A DNA stretch of 64,000 bases from an uncultured bacterium (GCA_963707655.1 OY970172.1:192001-256000); one strand, 5' to 3'; counted from the first letter of the stretch, positions 29,406 to 39,611 are shown. Made by a program: numbers and translations. Notes: generated by a model from the letters alone, not told the origin.

Positions 29406-29511
29406 AAGTTTCTCCGTTGAATTTTACCAAAAAATGTTAATAATTCTTTACAATAGATAACAATTTATCACCAAAAAGAGCAATCTCAGCCATTTTAGAT
29501 GAGCAATTTTT

Positions 29512-30678
29512 TTACGCGCTTGCCAATGGTTGAACGTCTTGTTCAAAATATCGGTGAAATTCTTTGGGCAGCTGCTTATAGTCACTCATAGCGGTGACGT
29601 GCGAAAAATCAATGCCGCAATAGGTATTCCAAAACAAAATTTTTTTATCACACAGCGCGTGCTCGGTGGCATCAGCCATGATTGCTGCTATCGGCTTTGC
29701 GCTATAGGTGCCTTCAAGGTTAATGTTTTCTAGATCTTTAAATAGGGTAATGGCATCAGCTGCTTCAGGAATGAAGAGGCCATAGGCGGTGCCGCAGAAT
29801 TGCTTATTCAAGAACAGATCTTGTTCTGGAAATTCTATTATCGGAAATGATGCATCCAGTGCATGCAACATTTCATTGGTGTGCATAAACAATTTTTTTA
29901 TATTCAACAAAAATTCATCAGCTTCTTCTTCTGGCTCAACGCATACGGCAACTATTTTTGATTTCATCTGTGTGGCGTGCAAACCAAGCAGTAATCCCGC
30001 TGTAGTAGCACAACTGCCGGTAGCAACATAAATGAAATCTGGTTCCGGCGTTTCATGCAGTGCAACTTGATGGGCTAATTCAAAAGCGGCATTCACAAAA
30101 CCAAGTACACCAAGTGCATTTGAACCGCCCGTGGGGATAAGATATGCATGCGCATCAGCTTTTAATAGTTCTTCTGCTGCCAATGCCCTGGTCGCGTTGT
30201 TGGGGAAAAATTGCAATTGCGCCTGGTAATAGGTATCAAGCAAGAGGTTATGGCGCACCACATATGAGTTTGGTTGATCTTTCAACATCAAAATAGATCG
30301 TAGCCCCAATTCGTGTGCATACACTGCGGTAGCCAATGCATGATTTGATCCGGCGCAACCATACGTGACGATCGTCTGAGCATTTTTTTGCACAGCATCG
30401 GCCAAAAGAAATTCTAATTTGCGTGGTTTATTGCCCCCATACAGGCGAAGTCCGCCCCCCATGCTTTTTCCCGTTAAATCATCCCGTTTCATGAAAACAT
30501 TGTCACACCCGATTCGATTACCAAAGTTCTCAAGTTTGATGATAGGGGTAGGCAGATCACAGAGAGCAATGTGAGATATTTTTTCTTGCAGGTGAGGAAA
30601 TTTGTTAAATAAATAGGGTTCACCATACGCCGTGGTTATAACAAAACTGATAATGAGTAATGATATTCTCCGTTGCAT
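29512..30678 (-). CDS. PLP-dependent D-cysteine desulfhydrase/ACC deaminase family protein with signal peptide
   Basis: PTPI, KRDD, GGNK.RKLEF, SNH, IPTGGSN, EGTYSAK. Confidence 0.88.
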   Translation of the reverse strand: MQRRISLLIISFVITTAYGEPYLFNKFPHLQEKISHIALCDLPTPIIKLENFGNRIGCDNVFMKRDDLTGKSMGGGLRLYGGNKPRKLEFLLADAVQKNAQTIVTYGCAGSNHALATAVYAHELGLRSILMLKDQPNSYVVRHNLLLDTYYQAQLQFFPNNATRALAAEELLKADAHAYLIPTGGSNALGVLGFVNAAFELAHQVALHETPEPDFIYVATGSCATTAGLLLGLHATQMKSKIVAVCVEPEEEADEFLLNIKKLFMHTNEMLHALDASFPIIEFPEQDLFLNKQFCGTAYGLFIPEAADAITLFKDLENINLEGTYSAKPIAAIMADATEHALCDKKILFWNTYCGIDFSHVTAMSDYKQLPKEFHRYFEQDVQPLASA

Positions 30679-30883
30679 CTTTGCTTCCTTGTTAATTAAT
30701 TTCATGAGAATTTGTACCATAAAAAAATTGTTGCGCCCGATCAGCTAATTTTGCAAATTCAGTTTTATCCAAGCTGTTCAATTCGTCAGGGGTTACCTAG
30801 TTGACAAATCCAGAGGCTATGATATTAAATTCACCATAAGTCTACAGCATATCAAAACTGTGCTTTGCTCTTTCAATATAAAT

Positions 30884-31870
30884 CTATAAAGTTCCAAACA
30901 ATTTCATTCTTCTTTGACTGATTCTAGTTTCAGTTGTTTGCAATTCATCTTCAGTCATTTTGTCGATCCATGCAAAAGCTGAATTGCATTGCCTGCTTAT
31001 AAATTGGCAATTTGTAGGCGAATAGCCCTTATCCACATCAATCCTATCTAACTGTAAGCCTTTAATATGACCATTCTGCAAAGCCCAAGATTCAAAGTTT
31101 TCAAAATTTTCCAACCATTCTGCACACATTACAATTCCTCTGCCGCCATATCTCGCGTATGATTTATCAGAAGATAAATAGCACCTACGTCTTACATGAT
31201 TCCAAGTTACGTAAAGGGATGTTTTTGATTTTCCATGCGTTCTTAATCGCTCTTTAGTATAACAACCACAGCTTTTTGTCGAACTTCTTTCTAGCGATGA
31301 CGTTGATGCAAAAACCACAGTGCCACAGCGACATGAGCATTGCCAAATAAAACTACCCCATTTATCTGCGTGAGAAAATTTAATAACCTTTAAATAAAAA
31401 AATACCTTATCTATCAGTCTGTTTTCAGTTTGGTACCTACTACAATCAGCGCATTGTTTTAATCCATTTCTTTCTTTTCCTGGATTAAGCGCATGCAAAG
31501 TAGTTTTAAATAAATTTCCACATTCGCATTTTACCTCCCAAGGGGGACGGGAATCAATACCAGATGATCTTTCACCAACCAATAGCTGAACGACGGTAAG
31601 CTTACCAAATTGCTGTCCTTCAATTCTTTTGCGTGGTTCATAACTACAGGAGCTTCCGCATCCTTTTGTCTTTTTCGATCTTAAATCGCCACCGGAGATT
31701 GCTTTCTGCTTGCCGCATATACATTCACACATCCACATTATATGCTTGCCTCTATTTGAGGCACGATGTAATACCTTTAAATAAGTAAAAGTTTTTCCTG
31801 ATAAATTAATAAATTTGCCCACGTTTGGTATCTCCGTATCTACTAAAGGCCATATTTGCAAAACATACAA
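30884..31870 (-). CDS. Phage-type HNH endonuclease-like protein with three Cys-rich W.C.C.CG repeats
   Basis: Three G.L.V...W.C.C.CG-type repeats, then YGGRGI.MC.EW and LDRIDVDKGYSP.NC. Confidence 0.8.
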   Translation of the reverse strand: MYVLQIWPLVDTEIPNVGKFINLSGKTFTYLKVLHRASNRGKHIMWMCECICGKQKAISGGDLRSKKTKGCGSSCSYEPRKRIEGQQFGKLTVVQLLVGERSSGIDSRPPWEVKCECGNLFKTTLHALNPGKERNGLKQCADCSRYQTENRLIDKVFFYLKVIKFSHADKWGSFIWQCSCRCGTVVFASTSSLERSSTKSCGCYTKERLRTHGKSKTSLYVTWNHVRRRCYLSSDKSYARYGGRGIVMCAEWLENFENFESWALQNGHIKGLQLDRIDVDKGYSPTNCQFISRQCNSAFAWIDKMTEDELQTTETRISQRRMKLFGTL

Positions 31871-32538
31871 TGTGGATTGGCGGAAGGCATAGAACCTTGA
31901 TCAAGACATTCACGCACTTCTGGAAGAATATGATCCAACCATGAATCGTCAAATTGGTACGGTTGAATTGTCGATTCAAATTCTAGTTTTTGATTGAAAT
32001 TTGGCCTGTCTTTTAACGCTGCGCTATAAACAAAATAGCCTGTAGGGCACACAGGCAGCCCTTTATTTTTGATTAGGTAAGCATAAAAGGCCATTTGGCG
32101 CTTGTGGCGTAAATTATTTTGATGTTTAGTATTTGTTTGGTCTTTAGCAGTCGCTTTATAGTCAACCACAATTAATTCACCATCAAAACTTATCCATAAG
32201 TCATCAAGAACTCCCCAGAGCTCGATCCCGCTTTCTTTGTGCAGAAATCTAATGCCACCCTTTTCAAAATCACGCCATATTAATAAAATTTCGTGATTAA
32301 AGGGAATAGCTTCAATATTATTAGCTGACATAATCGGATGGGGTTCTTGATTAATGCGATACGCGTCGAATTCCTTCTTCCAAAGATTATCCACGACATT
32401 GCTAAGTGAGAAAAAATCTGAATCAAGACCAGGTCTTTTTTTCTTTAAAACCATGACCTTATAGAAACAACGACGACATTCAAAAAAAATATTAAGTCTA
32501 GACCAGCTTAATGCTGACAAACATTTATTTTTATACAT
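31843..32538 (-). CDS. PD-(D/E)XK nuclease (RecB/Cas4-like)
   Basis: LSWS, C..C.Y, G.LDD, VDYK, Q...Y, C-terminal CMFC. Confidence 0.85.
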   Translation of the reverse strand: MYKNKCLSALSWSRLNIFFECRRCFYKVMVLKKKRPGLDSDFFSLSNVVDNLWKKEFDAYRINQEPHPIMSANNIEAIPFNHEILLIWRDFEKGGIRFLHKESGIELWGVLDDLWISFDGELIVVDYKATAKDQTNTKHQNNLRHKRQMAFYAYLIKNKGLPVCPTGYFVYSAALKDRPNFNQKLEFESTIQPYQFDDSWLDHILPEVRECLDQGSMPSANPHCMFCKYGL

Positions 32539-32614
32539 GAAAATTGCACTTTATATATAAGAAGAGATAACCAATATCAAATATTAATAAAGTTATTATT
32601 GGTATAGTCGATGA

Positions 32615-33148
32615 TTAAAAAGGCAAACCGCCTTGCTCTATAATAATTCGGCGTTTTTGTAAATAATCTGTAAATGAATCAATAAAGGGAATGAGACATT
32701 CAGAATATTGCAACTTTATTGAAAGGTTAGTTTCCATCAAAGGTTTTTTAAAAATATTCTTTGTTTGAAATTCCATTTCTCCACAACGCTCTTCATCAGG
32801 GATCATGAATAAGATAATTTCTTTTTCTTCTGCGATTAAAAACAAACGAAAATTTTTGGAGTTTTCATCAGATTCCCAAGATAAGTACCAATGCGTTTTT
32901 GTGTAATAACCTAGAACTTCATAACCGATGTCTTTATGATAAGTTTCAGGATTTTTTTTATGAGATACTTCCACTTTTATTGCTTGAGATTTATATGGAA
33001 AATAAGCTCTGGCATTGTTTAAATCTTGTTCAAACTTACAAACTGAAGCAGATATAGAATCAAATATTGAAAAAAGAGATTTGGCTTCTTCCACAAGCTT
33101 TTGAATGGAAGAATCAACATTAAGAGGGTTTATTTTTTTTGTTTCCAT
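32615..33148 (-). CDS. Hypothetical protein
   Basis: 177-aa ORF with AAAGG RBS, no recognisable motif. Confidence 0.65.
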   Translation of the reverse strand: METKKINPLNVDSSIQKLVEEAKSLFSIFDSISASVCKFEQDLNNARAYFPYKSQAIKVEVSHKKNPETYHKDIGYEVLGYYTKTHWYLSWESDENSKNFRLFLIAEEKEIILFMIPDEERCGEMEFQTKNIFKKPLMETNLSIKLQYSECLIPFIDSFTDYLQKRRIIIEQGGLPF

Positions 33149-33447
33149 GGGAAACCTTTCTTCAAAAAATAGATATAAAAAAATTAAACTATTGAGAGTT
33201 CCAACTCTCTTAATTGCTTGTTCCTCACAAGCTCAAGAACTATGATTCTAACTATAGGTCTTGGGAAACATTTTTAATTTGCTTATGTATTTAGCGGGAG
33301 GCTTCCACCTTTTAACTATCTGCATTTGCAAAACTTAAGGATGTCATGTGACTTTCTGCTTAAATATTCAGAAATCACAAAACTAAATTTACAGTAAAAG
33401 TGTATGCTTTTCAAGCTATTTTTTAATAGTTATAAGATTTTGTTTTC

Positions 33448-33475
33448 TTGCATTCTTCAACAAATTATTTATAAT
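33448..33475 (+). promoter_or_regulatory. Sigma70-like promoter of rep module
   Basis: TTGCAT-N16-TATAAT; copy 2 has TTGCAA-N16-TATAAT with diverged spacer. Confidence 0.6.
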
Positions 33476-33519
33476 TTCCACAAAATGTAATGAATGTATC
33501 TGCATCCAAGGAGAGCAAC

Positions 33520-33618
33520 ATGAAATTCATCTTACCTATCAGGGCGCATAGCCTGATCGCATCCATCCACGAGCAAAGGCTCACGTATTGCGATGCATCA
33601 GACATGCTCGTGCAATAG
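33520..33618 (+). CDS. Conserved 32-aa leader ORF (MKFILPIRAHSLIASIHEQRLTYCDASDMLVQ)
   Basis: AAGGAG RBS; same start, stop and length in copy 2. Confidence 0.55.
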   Translation: MKFILPIRAHSLIASIHEQRLTYCDASDMLVQ

Positions 33619-33708
33619 CATCCAATCCAAAACAATCCCTATTAATTTTTAAATATGTGCTGATCAAAAATCGGCATGATGATACCTGTGTATCCTTGAA
33701 AGTTTTTT

Positions 33709-34032
33709 ATGATGGTAAGAAAAGTACCTGTTAAAGTTGTTCTTAACGCCGAAGATCGTAATAGGCTTGTTGCCTTCTTCTTGTTGCTTGCCGAAATGAA
33801 TAAAGAAGTAAACGGTAATAACAAGAAAACTAAAAAAGCAAAAACAAAGCCAAAAGATCAAACTAAAATAACCTCCATCTGGGGTGGGGCCTGCCTTAAA
33901 AGCAGGTCTTTTTATTTCCTTACAACTCCTGTATCTTTAAGGGCGGCCCATATAGCTAGCACCCGTAAAAGGTACATCAATGATCGACACAGTTGTTTTA
34001 ACACTCGGCTCGGATATATTCAGCATCATTAA
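33709..34032 (+). CDS. Small basic protein upstream of rep
   Basis: Homologous ORF at 54384; helix followed by Lys-rich stretch. Confidence 0.55.
   Translation: MMVRKVPVKVVLNAEDRNRLVAFFLLLAEMNKEVNGNNKKTKKAKTKPKDQTKITSIWGGACLKSRSFYFLTTPVSLRAAHIASTRKRYINDRHSCFNTRLGYIQHH
33888..33917 (+). terminator. Terminator-like hairpin upstream of rep (possible attenuator)
   Basis: ggcctgc-loop-gcaggtc followed by tttttattt; conserved at 54565-54596. Confidence 0.6.
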
Positions 34033-35010
34033 CCCAGATGCCTTCACTCCATCGGCCCACTGGGCATTGCCTAACGCAGCCCTTGCTCAGGCGGCCATCC
34101 AATCAAAGCAAAACCCAACCAAAAAAGAATTATTTGCCGGCATTTACAAGCCACGGCTCACATTAGCGCGCCGCATCAACTTGCATGGCCGCAGTGAGAT
34201 TATGCTTAAAATTGAATTGTCTTTGCCCAAGCTCTTTTTCGGCAATAATTTTGATGAGCTGCGCCTGAAAGATTTTAAACCGCTTATGCAAAAATTAGTT
34301 ATCATGTTGGAAGGCATGGGTGTTCGGATTACCGCTGCCGATCTTGCGCGGGCAGACGTACTGGCCGTCCATTACTCCAAAAATATAGCTCTCACGGATG
34401 GCTCAACTCCATACCATTACATCACCAAAATAAAAGAAGCCAACATCAAGTTATCGCTGGACACCAACCAAACGGATTACCGCAATGAAGGCCATAGCTA
34501 CAAATGGCACTGTAACTCATATGAGGTGGTATTTTATGATAAAATTCGCGATCTGGAAAAAGCAAAAAAGAGCGAAAAGCGCGCACTGGAAAAAGATAGC
34601 GCATTGCAGCTAAATTTGTTTGATACATTGCAAAAAAGACAGAAGCTGGAAATATTGCGCATGGAAGTTCGTTTAAATAAGCGGCAGAAAATAAAAACAC
34701 TTTTGCAAGCACTCAAGATTAAGCCCATCCTCACCTTGCAGGGTCTATTTAAAGCGGCCATATCAAAAAAGGTATTATTGCATTACTTGGATGAATTGGA
34801 GCGTAAGAGAAGCCCGTTGCTTGATTACAAGGCAACTGACAAGGGATTGTTAACCGCTTTGATATTTAATAATCCGGAGCTCGGCCCCAAACAGATTTTA
34901 CAATTGTATGGATTAAAGAAAGCGCTGGAACTGGTGGATGCTCGGGAGCTGAGAGTGATGTTTGCCAAATACAATGCGCGCAGCTGGTATCGGCTCATGG
35001 CTGATGCAAA
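33980..35010 (+). pseudogene. C-terminally truncated gpII/X-like replication initiator
   Basis: Nearly identical to 54658-55782 until MADA, then reads into antisense oxidase sequence. Confidence 0.8.
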
Positions 35011-35704
35011 AGTCCACAGTAACGAGTTCACTTGCGGGCATCAGATTGCGTTCTTCAAGAACCTCAACAGCACATTTCATGGTAGCAGGGTAGTAGAGGG
35101 GAAGGCGGCGTACAATAGTGTGCGACAGATAAGGATGGCTGTCCTGTTCAATAGTGGATAAAGTTTGATAGGTGGCAAGACTGAGTCGTAGACGCCGAAG
35201 GCCTTCAGCAGATTTTTCTGTGCCGACACCCGGATCAAAAAAACCTCCCGCGCGCCAGGATGGAATATTGTATTGTTCTTTACTGGATATGCTTATGTTG
35301 GTAAAGCCGCGCTGAAAAAGTTCAGTTGCCATGGTAAGACCCATGCAGCCGGAGCCAATAACTTTTATGGCAGATTGTTTATCAAGATTTTTTGCTGACA
35401 AGAGCCCAATCGCTTCTTCAATAGAGCCAAAGAGTGTGGTAAAGCCGGCGCCACCGTGTCCATAGCAATGGACAATTGTTTTATTATCAGTGGTTTCATC
35501 TAATGAGATATTAATGCCTCCAGTGCGCCGCGGCCTATCGCAAAATGCAGTTGCTGCAATGGCGGTGGCATCAAAACAAGGAGGGCGCAGGCAAACAGTG
35601 CGGGGCGTAGAAAGTTGTTTGAGGAGATTTTCTTGTTGCTCTGCCGACAGAATCTGCGATGCAATGAGAGATACAGCGAATAGCGTTATGTGTATGTGTT
35701 TCAT
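35008..35704 (-). pseudogene. Truncated D-amino-acid-oxidase-like flavoprotein with signal peptide
   Basis: HCYGHGGAG and VIGSGCMG motifs; after ELVTVDF the ORF reads into antisense rep sequence. Confidence 0.8.
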
Positions 35705-35845
35705 AGATGACCCGGTTTGTTATAAAGTGGCTCAATTTTTTTTCTCTAGTGTATCAATACTGCTTGTTTGAGCAAACTATGAGAAGAAGAGGGTGCGCTA
35801 GTAAAGAGGCTCTTTTTTTTATTAACGAGGGCTTAGCGCAAAAAC

Positions 35846-35874
35846 AAAGGCCTCAGAAGTAATCCGAGGCCTTT
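35846..35874 (-). terminator. Hairpin downstream of MutS-like gene
   Basis: aaaggcctc...gaggccttt. Confidence 0.6.
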
Positions 35875-35908
35875 ATAAGAAGATCTTAGTGTAATAGAAT
35901 CTGCACGA

Positions 35909-37642
35909 TTATTCGAATAATCCGGCTTCTCTGGCGAGGTCTAACGCAACGTTAGCATCGCTCGCTCCTTGACTCAAGGTAAATGGATATACCAATTTAC
36001 CGGCATCATTTTTTGTTGGCGCATCAACTTTATAATTCATGCAGGTAGCATTATCGGTGCCAAGCTCTTTGACTTTAGCAAAGTGGGTTGCATATATGAA
36101 CAGAACATCATCGAATGTTGATATTTTCTTCACGAATTCATACGCGCATACTTCCCCATCTTCAGCAACGGTTCCGGTGAACAATTCATCAAGCGCAAAA
36201 AAGAATTTTTTACCTGTCTCTAAAGATTTAATTTTCTCCAATATCTCTTGAGCTCTTTTCAATTCCGATGCAAATAATGAAAGGCCATTAATAAGATCAT
36301 CGGATATGTTCAGGTAAGAATGAATCGCATCAAACATAGTGTATTCAAACTCTTCCGCTGCCGCTACACCAAAACATTGTCCCAAGACCACATTTTGCAA
36401 GAGTGCTCTGATTGAAGTTGTTTTTCCACCTTTATTTGGTCCGGTTAATAAAACATTTTTATTTTCAGAAATGGTATTGACGACCGGACTTTGCACCAAT
36501 ATGTTCCAGAAGCCTTTAGCATGTATCGACGGTTTTGCATCATCTACAAAGTTAACAAAACAGAATTTATTATTTTCATTGTGCGATGAAACTATTTTGG
36601 AGGCCAATGCATTATAGGCGTCAAGTTCTGCTATACACGCAAATACTTTGGCAAGATGGTTTTTTTGTTGGTACAAAGAATACAAAAATGTATGTACGGA
36701 TGGGGTTAAAAATAGTTTAGTATTCTTGTCTTGATAGCGTGCATGTTTTAAGCCTTCTATTAATGAAAGGCCATCAGCATCTTTAATTTCACTTATATTA
36801 AATTGATTTTTCACGCCATAATCAGCGCACAGTGTTTCAATTTTTTCAGCAACGGTAATTAACTGATTCAAGGCATGCATCTTTGTTCGTTTTTCTGACG
36901 CAGTTGAGTAATCTTTATATGCCCCATAGAGAGAAGCACCAGTTGCTACGCCCATGTAGGCCGCCACGAATGCATAAACGGCACTTGGGAACTGTTCTAC
37001 CTGAAATATCTTTGCGTATGCATCGATCACTCGCCCGGGCTTAACCATTCCATAAGCACTCGCTGGAACGCTTAGTAAATTAAGAGCAGTGGAAACAGAT
37101 TTTGCTGTGGGATTGAATGTCATAAACTCAAAAATAGGGTATAGGCCGGGATTCTGTTTTTGAATTAACTCCAAATTAGTGAGTTCAGGACAAGTTTTCC
37201 CTTTGAAAAAATCTGACAGTAGTTTAATAACTTCTTGTTCTGCCTCTTTGGCAATTTTAAGAAATTGTTCAACTTCTTTTTTAAAATCAGGATTTTCTAC
37301 CAGAGCTTTGATAGCGTTTTGTCTTGGCAAGAGTACAGAATTTTTATCTTGCACGCTTACCGGGTTTTTCAAAGTTTCTTCGATAAAAGATTTGCCCATT
37401 AATGTATGGCAGCCCAGAGCTTCTGCCATTTGAGCAATGTTGAGATCATGAGCGATATTTTGCGTCTCCGCATACTTGATATTTTTCTTATTATAAGCGG
37501 CAATTCCGGTATCTTCATTCGCCATGATGTTTACGAGCTTTGCTTTGCCTGAGTCGTAATTTTCGACAGTCTCGGTGGCTGCAGAAGTGGTAAATACAAA
37601 AATAGACAAAAGTAGTAATAATCTGTTGCGTTGGATAATCAT
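35909..37642 (-). CDS. MutS domain V (ATPase) protein with signal peptide
   Basis: TGPNKGGKT, SLFASEL, LDELFTGT, ATHF; no recognisable mismatch-binding domain. Confidence 0.88.
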   Translation of the reverse strand: MIIQRNRLLLLLSIFVFTTSAATETVENYDSGKAKLVNIMANEDTGIAAYNKKNIKYAETQNIAHDLNIAQMAEALGCHTLMGKSFIEETLKNPVSVQDKNSVLLPRQNAIKALVENPDFKKEVEQFLKIAKEAEQEVIKLLSDFFKGKTCPELTNLELIQKQNPGLYPIFEFMTFNPTAKSVSTALNLLSVPASAYGMVKPGRVIDAYAKIFQVEQFPSAVYAFVAAYMGVATGASLYGAYKDYSTASEKRTKMHALNQLITVAEKIETLCADYGVKNQFNISEIKDADGLSLIEGLKHARYQDKNTKLFLTPSVHTFLYSLYQQKNHLAKVFACIAELDAYNALASKIVSSHNENNKFCFVNFVDDAKPSIHAKGFWNILVQSPVVNTISENKNVLLTGPNKGGKTTSIRALLQNVVLGQCFGVAAAEEFEYTMFDAIHSYLNISDDLINGLSLFASELKRAQEILEKIKSLETGKKFFFALDELFTGTVAEDGEVCAYEFVKKISTFDDVLFIYATHFAKVKELGTDNATCMNYKVDAPTKNDAGKLVYPFTLSQGASDANVALDLAREAGLFE

Positions 37643-37698
37643 TTTTTCCCCTAAAATAGAATAAAATTAATAATTAAAGTTTTTTTAGTCGAATCGGT

Positions 37699-38406
37699 TT
37701 ATATCGCTTTTTCATATTGAACGATTTCCATTGCAATCATATGCGCTGGTTGAATTGAAGATTGTATAAAACCTTCAGATTCATAGAGCCTTCTTGCCCC
37801 GTCATTATTGGCATTGACATCAAGATCAACACGTGTAATGGTTGGCCATTGCTGCTTAATGGCCTGTATTGCATTTTGAATTAAGGTTCTACCATGTCCT
37901 TGTCGTCTGAAATGCTTAGAAATAGCCAAGGCCTCGATTTTTGCAAATGAATCACATTCCGCATCAGTTCTTTTTAAATGGGGCATAGCGATTGAGAATT
38001 GTTCTTCGTTCCACGGCAGTCCATGGGACTCAGCAAGCTTCTTTAATGACTCAAGACTTTGCTCTTGGGTTTTGAAAAAAGCACAAAATCCGGCAACTTC
38101 TGCAGAATTTGTTATAACTTTTTTCATTTTAAGTGGCTCGTTTAACATTGCTTCCATACCATTTTTATTTTCAGTCTCGAATTGCTCCAATGTCCAAATA
38201 CCATTGGTTACTAAATTGCTTCCCCCAAAGAACTTCAACGGGTCATGAAAGGCGATATCCATTACTGCATTTTTATGTGATGCATCATAATCAACGATAC
38301 GAATTCCTTGATCTTCGGCGCAAAAAGTAGTTGAAACTAAAATGGAAGTAGTGATAAATATAAAACTAGACAAAAGTAATGATAATCTGTTGCGTCGGAT
38401 AATCAT
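37699..38406 (-). CDS. Secreted GNAT acetyltransferase
   Basis: FRRQGHG, N.GARRLYE; paralogue of 26888 gene. Confidence 0.85.
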   Translation of the reverse strand: MIIRRNRLSLLLSSFIFITTSILVSTTFCAEDQGIRIVDYDASHKNAVMDIAFHDPLKFFGGSNLVTNGIWTLEQFETENKNGMEAMLNEPLKMKKVITNSAEVAGFCAFFKTQEQSLESLKKLAESHGLPWNEEQFSIAMPHLKRTDAECDSFAKIEALAISKHFRRQGHGRTLIQNAIQAIKQQWPTITRVDLDVNANNDGARRLYESEGFIQSSIQPAHMIAMEIVQYEKAI

Positions 38407-38674
38407 TTTCCCCCCAAAAGTAGAATTAATTAAAAATTATTATATGTTCCTAGTTTGCTTATTATTACATCTCTTTTTTATAGTGGATTGCCGCATGATG
38501 CGGCGTGAATTGAAGATGGCTAAAAGAGCATCTTTTTTTATAGGAATCCCCCCTAAAAAATAATTCAATTAATCCTTAAATTCAATAGTATAACCTCATC
38601 CCTGATCTGTCTATCTGAAAGGCAGGGGTTTTAGACGTATATACGGTCTAAAACCGATATGAAGCATTTAAGTA

Positions 38675-39454
38675 CTATGATGATTTATTATCATAGTTTG
38701 CATATTTTGCCGTAATAGCTTTCATATCCTCCGTCATTTCTCTCAATTCCGGAGCATATTTACATATCAATTCATTGGTTGCGCTGAGGTAATCTGCAGA
38801 ATCTTTATTAAAGTTATATTTTTCTGCCAAGAGCTGTGCTTCGTGTAGGTATTCAGGATTATCCATTAATTGTACAAAAAGTTGTTGGGAATCACGGTGT
38901 TTTTTAAAATGTGCCGCAAAGTCCGCTTCCATTGCCTTTTGCTGCTGTGGACTCAGATCTGGCACAGCAAGGTTATTTCTGCCATTAAAAGTCGCCATCT
39001 TTTCTTCTAGAGCGATGAGCTCGGGAGAAAATTTATTTCTCAATGCTTCATAAGCTTCCATGTATTCAGGAGACATTGGGCGATCTGCGTACTGTTTCGC
39101 CAGCTGCTTAAGCTCTTCTAAAAAATCAGGATTGTTATGCAGATTACTGAATAGCTCTTGATACTTTTTACCGAGGTCACTGAGCTCTTTTTCAAGCTTT
39201 TCTTCTGTGTTTTTATCTATATTTTTGTACTTTTTAATGGCTTCTTTCGCGCTGGCTTCGATACGCGCCTGCTCATTGGTAAAAGGCTCATGCACTTTTT
39301 CCGATTCCACCCGTACCTGAGGGGTAAGAATTATAGATTTGCCATCAGTTTTGATTTTTAGGACCGAACCTTCTTCGATATCCAAAAGCTCCAAAATCGC
39401 CTTATCAAAGATAAGTGCGTTACTATTTCCATATTTAACTAACTTTTTTAGCAT
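38675..39454 (-). CDS. AbrB/MazE-type N-terminal DNA-binding domain plus helical extension
   Basis: KLVKYGNSNALIFDKAILELLDI..G..L.I...G..I.L.P. Confidence 0.82.
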   Translation of the reverse strand: MLKKLVKYGNSNALIFDKAILELLDIEEGSVLKIKTDGKSIILTPQVRVESEKVHEPFTNEQARIEASAKEAIKKYKNIDKNTEEKLEKELSDLGKKYQELFSNLHNNPDFLEELKQLAKQYADRPMSPEYMEAYEALRNKFSPELIALEEKMATFNGRNNLAVPDLSPQQQKAMEADFAAHFKKHRDSQQLFVQLMDNPEYLHEAQLLAEKYNFNKDSADYLSATNELICKYAPELREMTEDMKAITAKYANYDNKSS

Positions 39455-39611
39455 ATTCGCCCCCGCTAAGAGTTGTTTTTATTGTACAACGTTATAACAA
39501 AGTATATACGGTGTTATATAATAATCAAGTGCTTTGTACAATATTTTTCAAGAAAAGATGAAAAAGGCCAAAAAAAGTGCGATAGGGGTATAAATAGGAT
39601 ACAAAGATGAT

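Larger units (their letters stand above)
30788..35010. mobile_element. Truncated relic of the tRNA-integrating Rep element family
   Basis: Recombinase-tail homologue at left end, convergent nuclease cargo, duplicated promoter-leader-rep block broken at 35010. Confidence 0.72.
33446..35010 (+). repeat. Copy 1 of ~1.56 kb promoter-leader-orf-rep block
   Basis: Colinear high similarity with 54122-55688 along its length. Confidence 0.95.

Noticed and set aside
30760..30796. Unsplit attP relic (tgttcaattcgtcag resembles the recombinase end tgttcggatcgacaa)
   Set aside because: The match is short and needs a 5-nt gap; too weak to claim.
30884..33148. Cas4-like nucleases (also 56543-58069) as part of a CRISPR-Cas system
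   Set aside because: No cas1/cas2 or other cas genes and no regularly spaced repeat-spacer array seen in the window.
35011..35161. C-terminal extension of rep copy 1, and the oxidase tail at 34913-35007
   Set aside because: Both are read-through into the antisense strand of the other gene after the junction.
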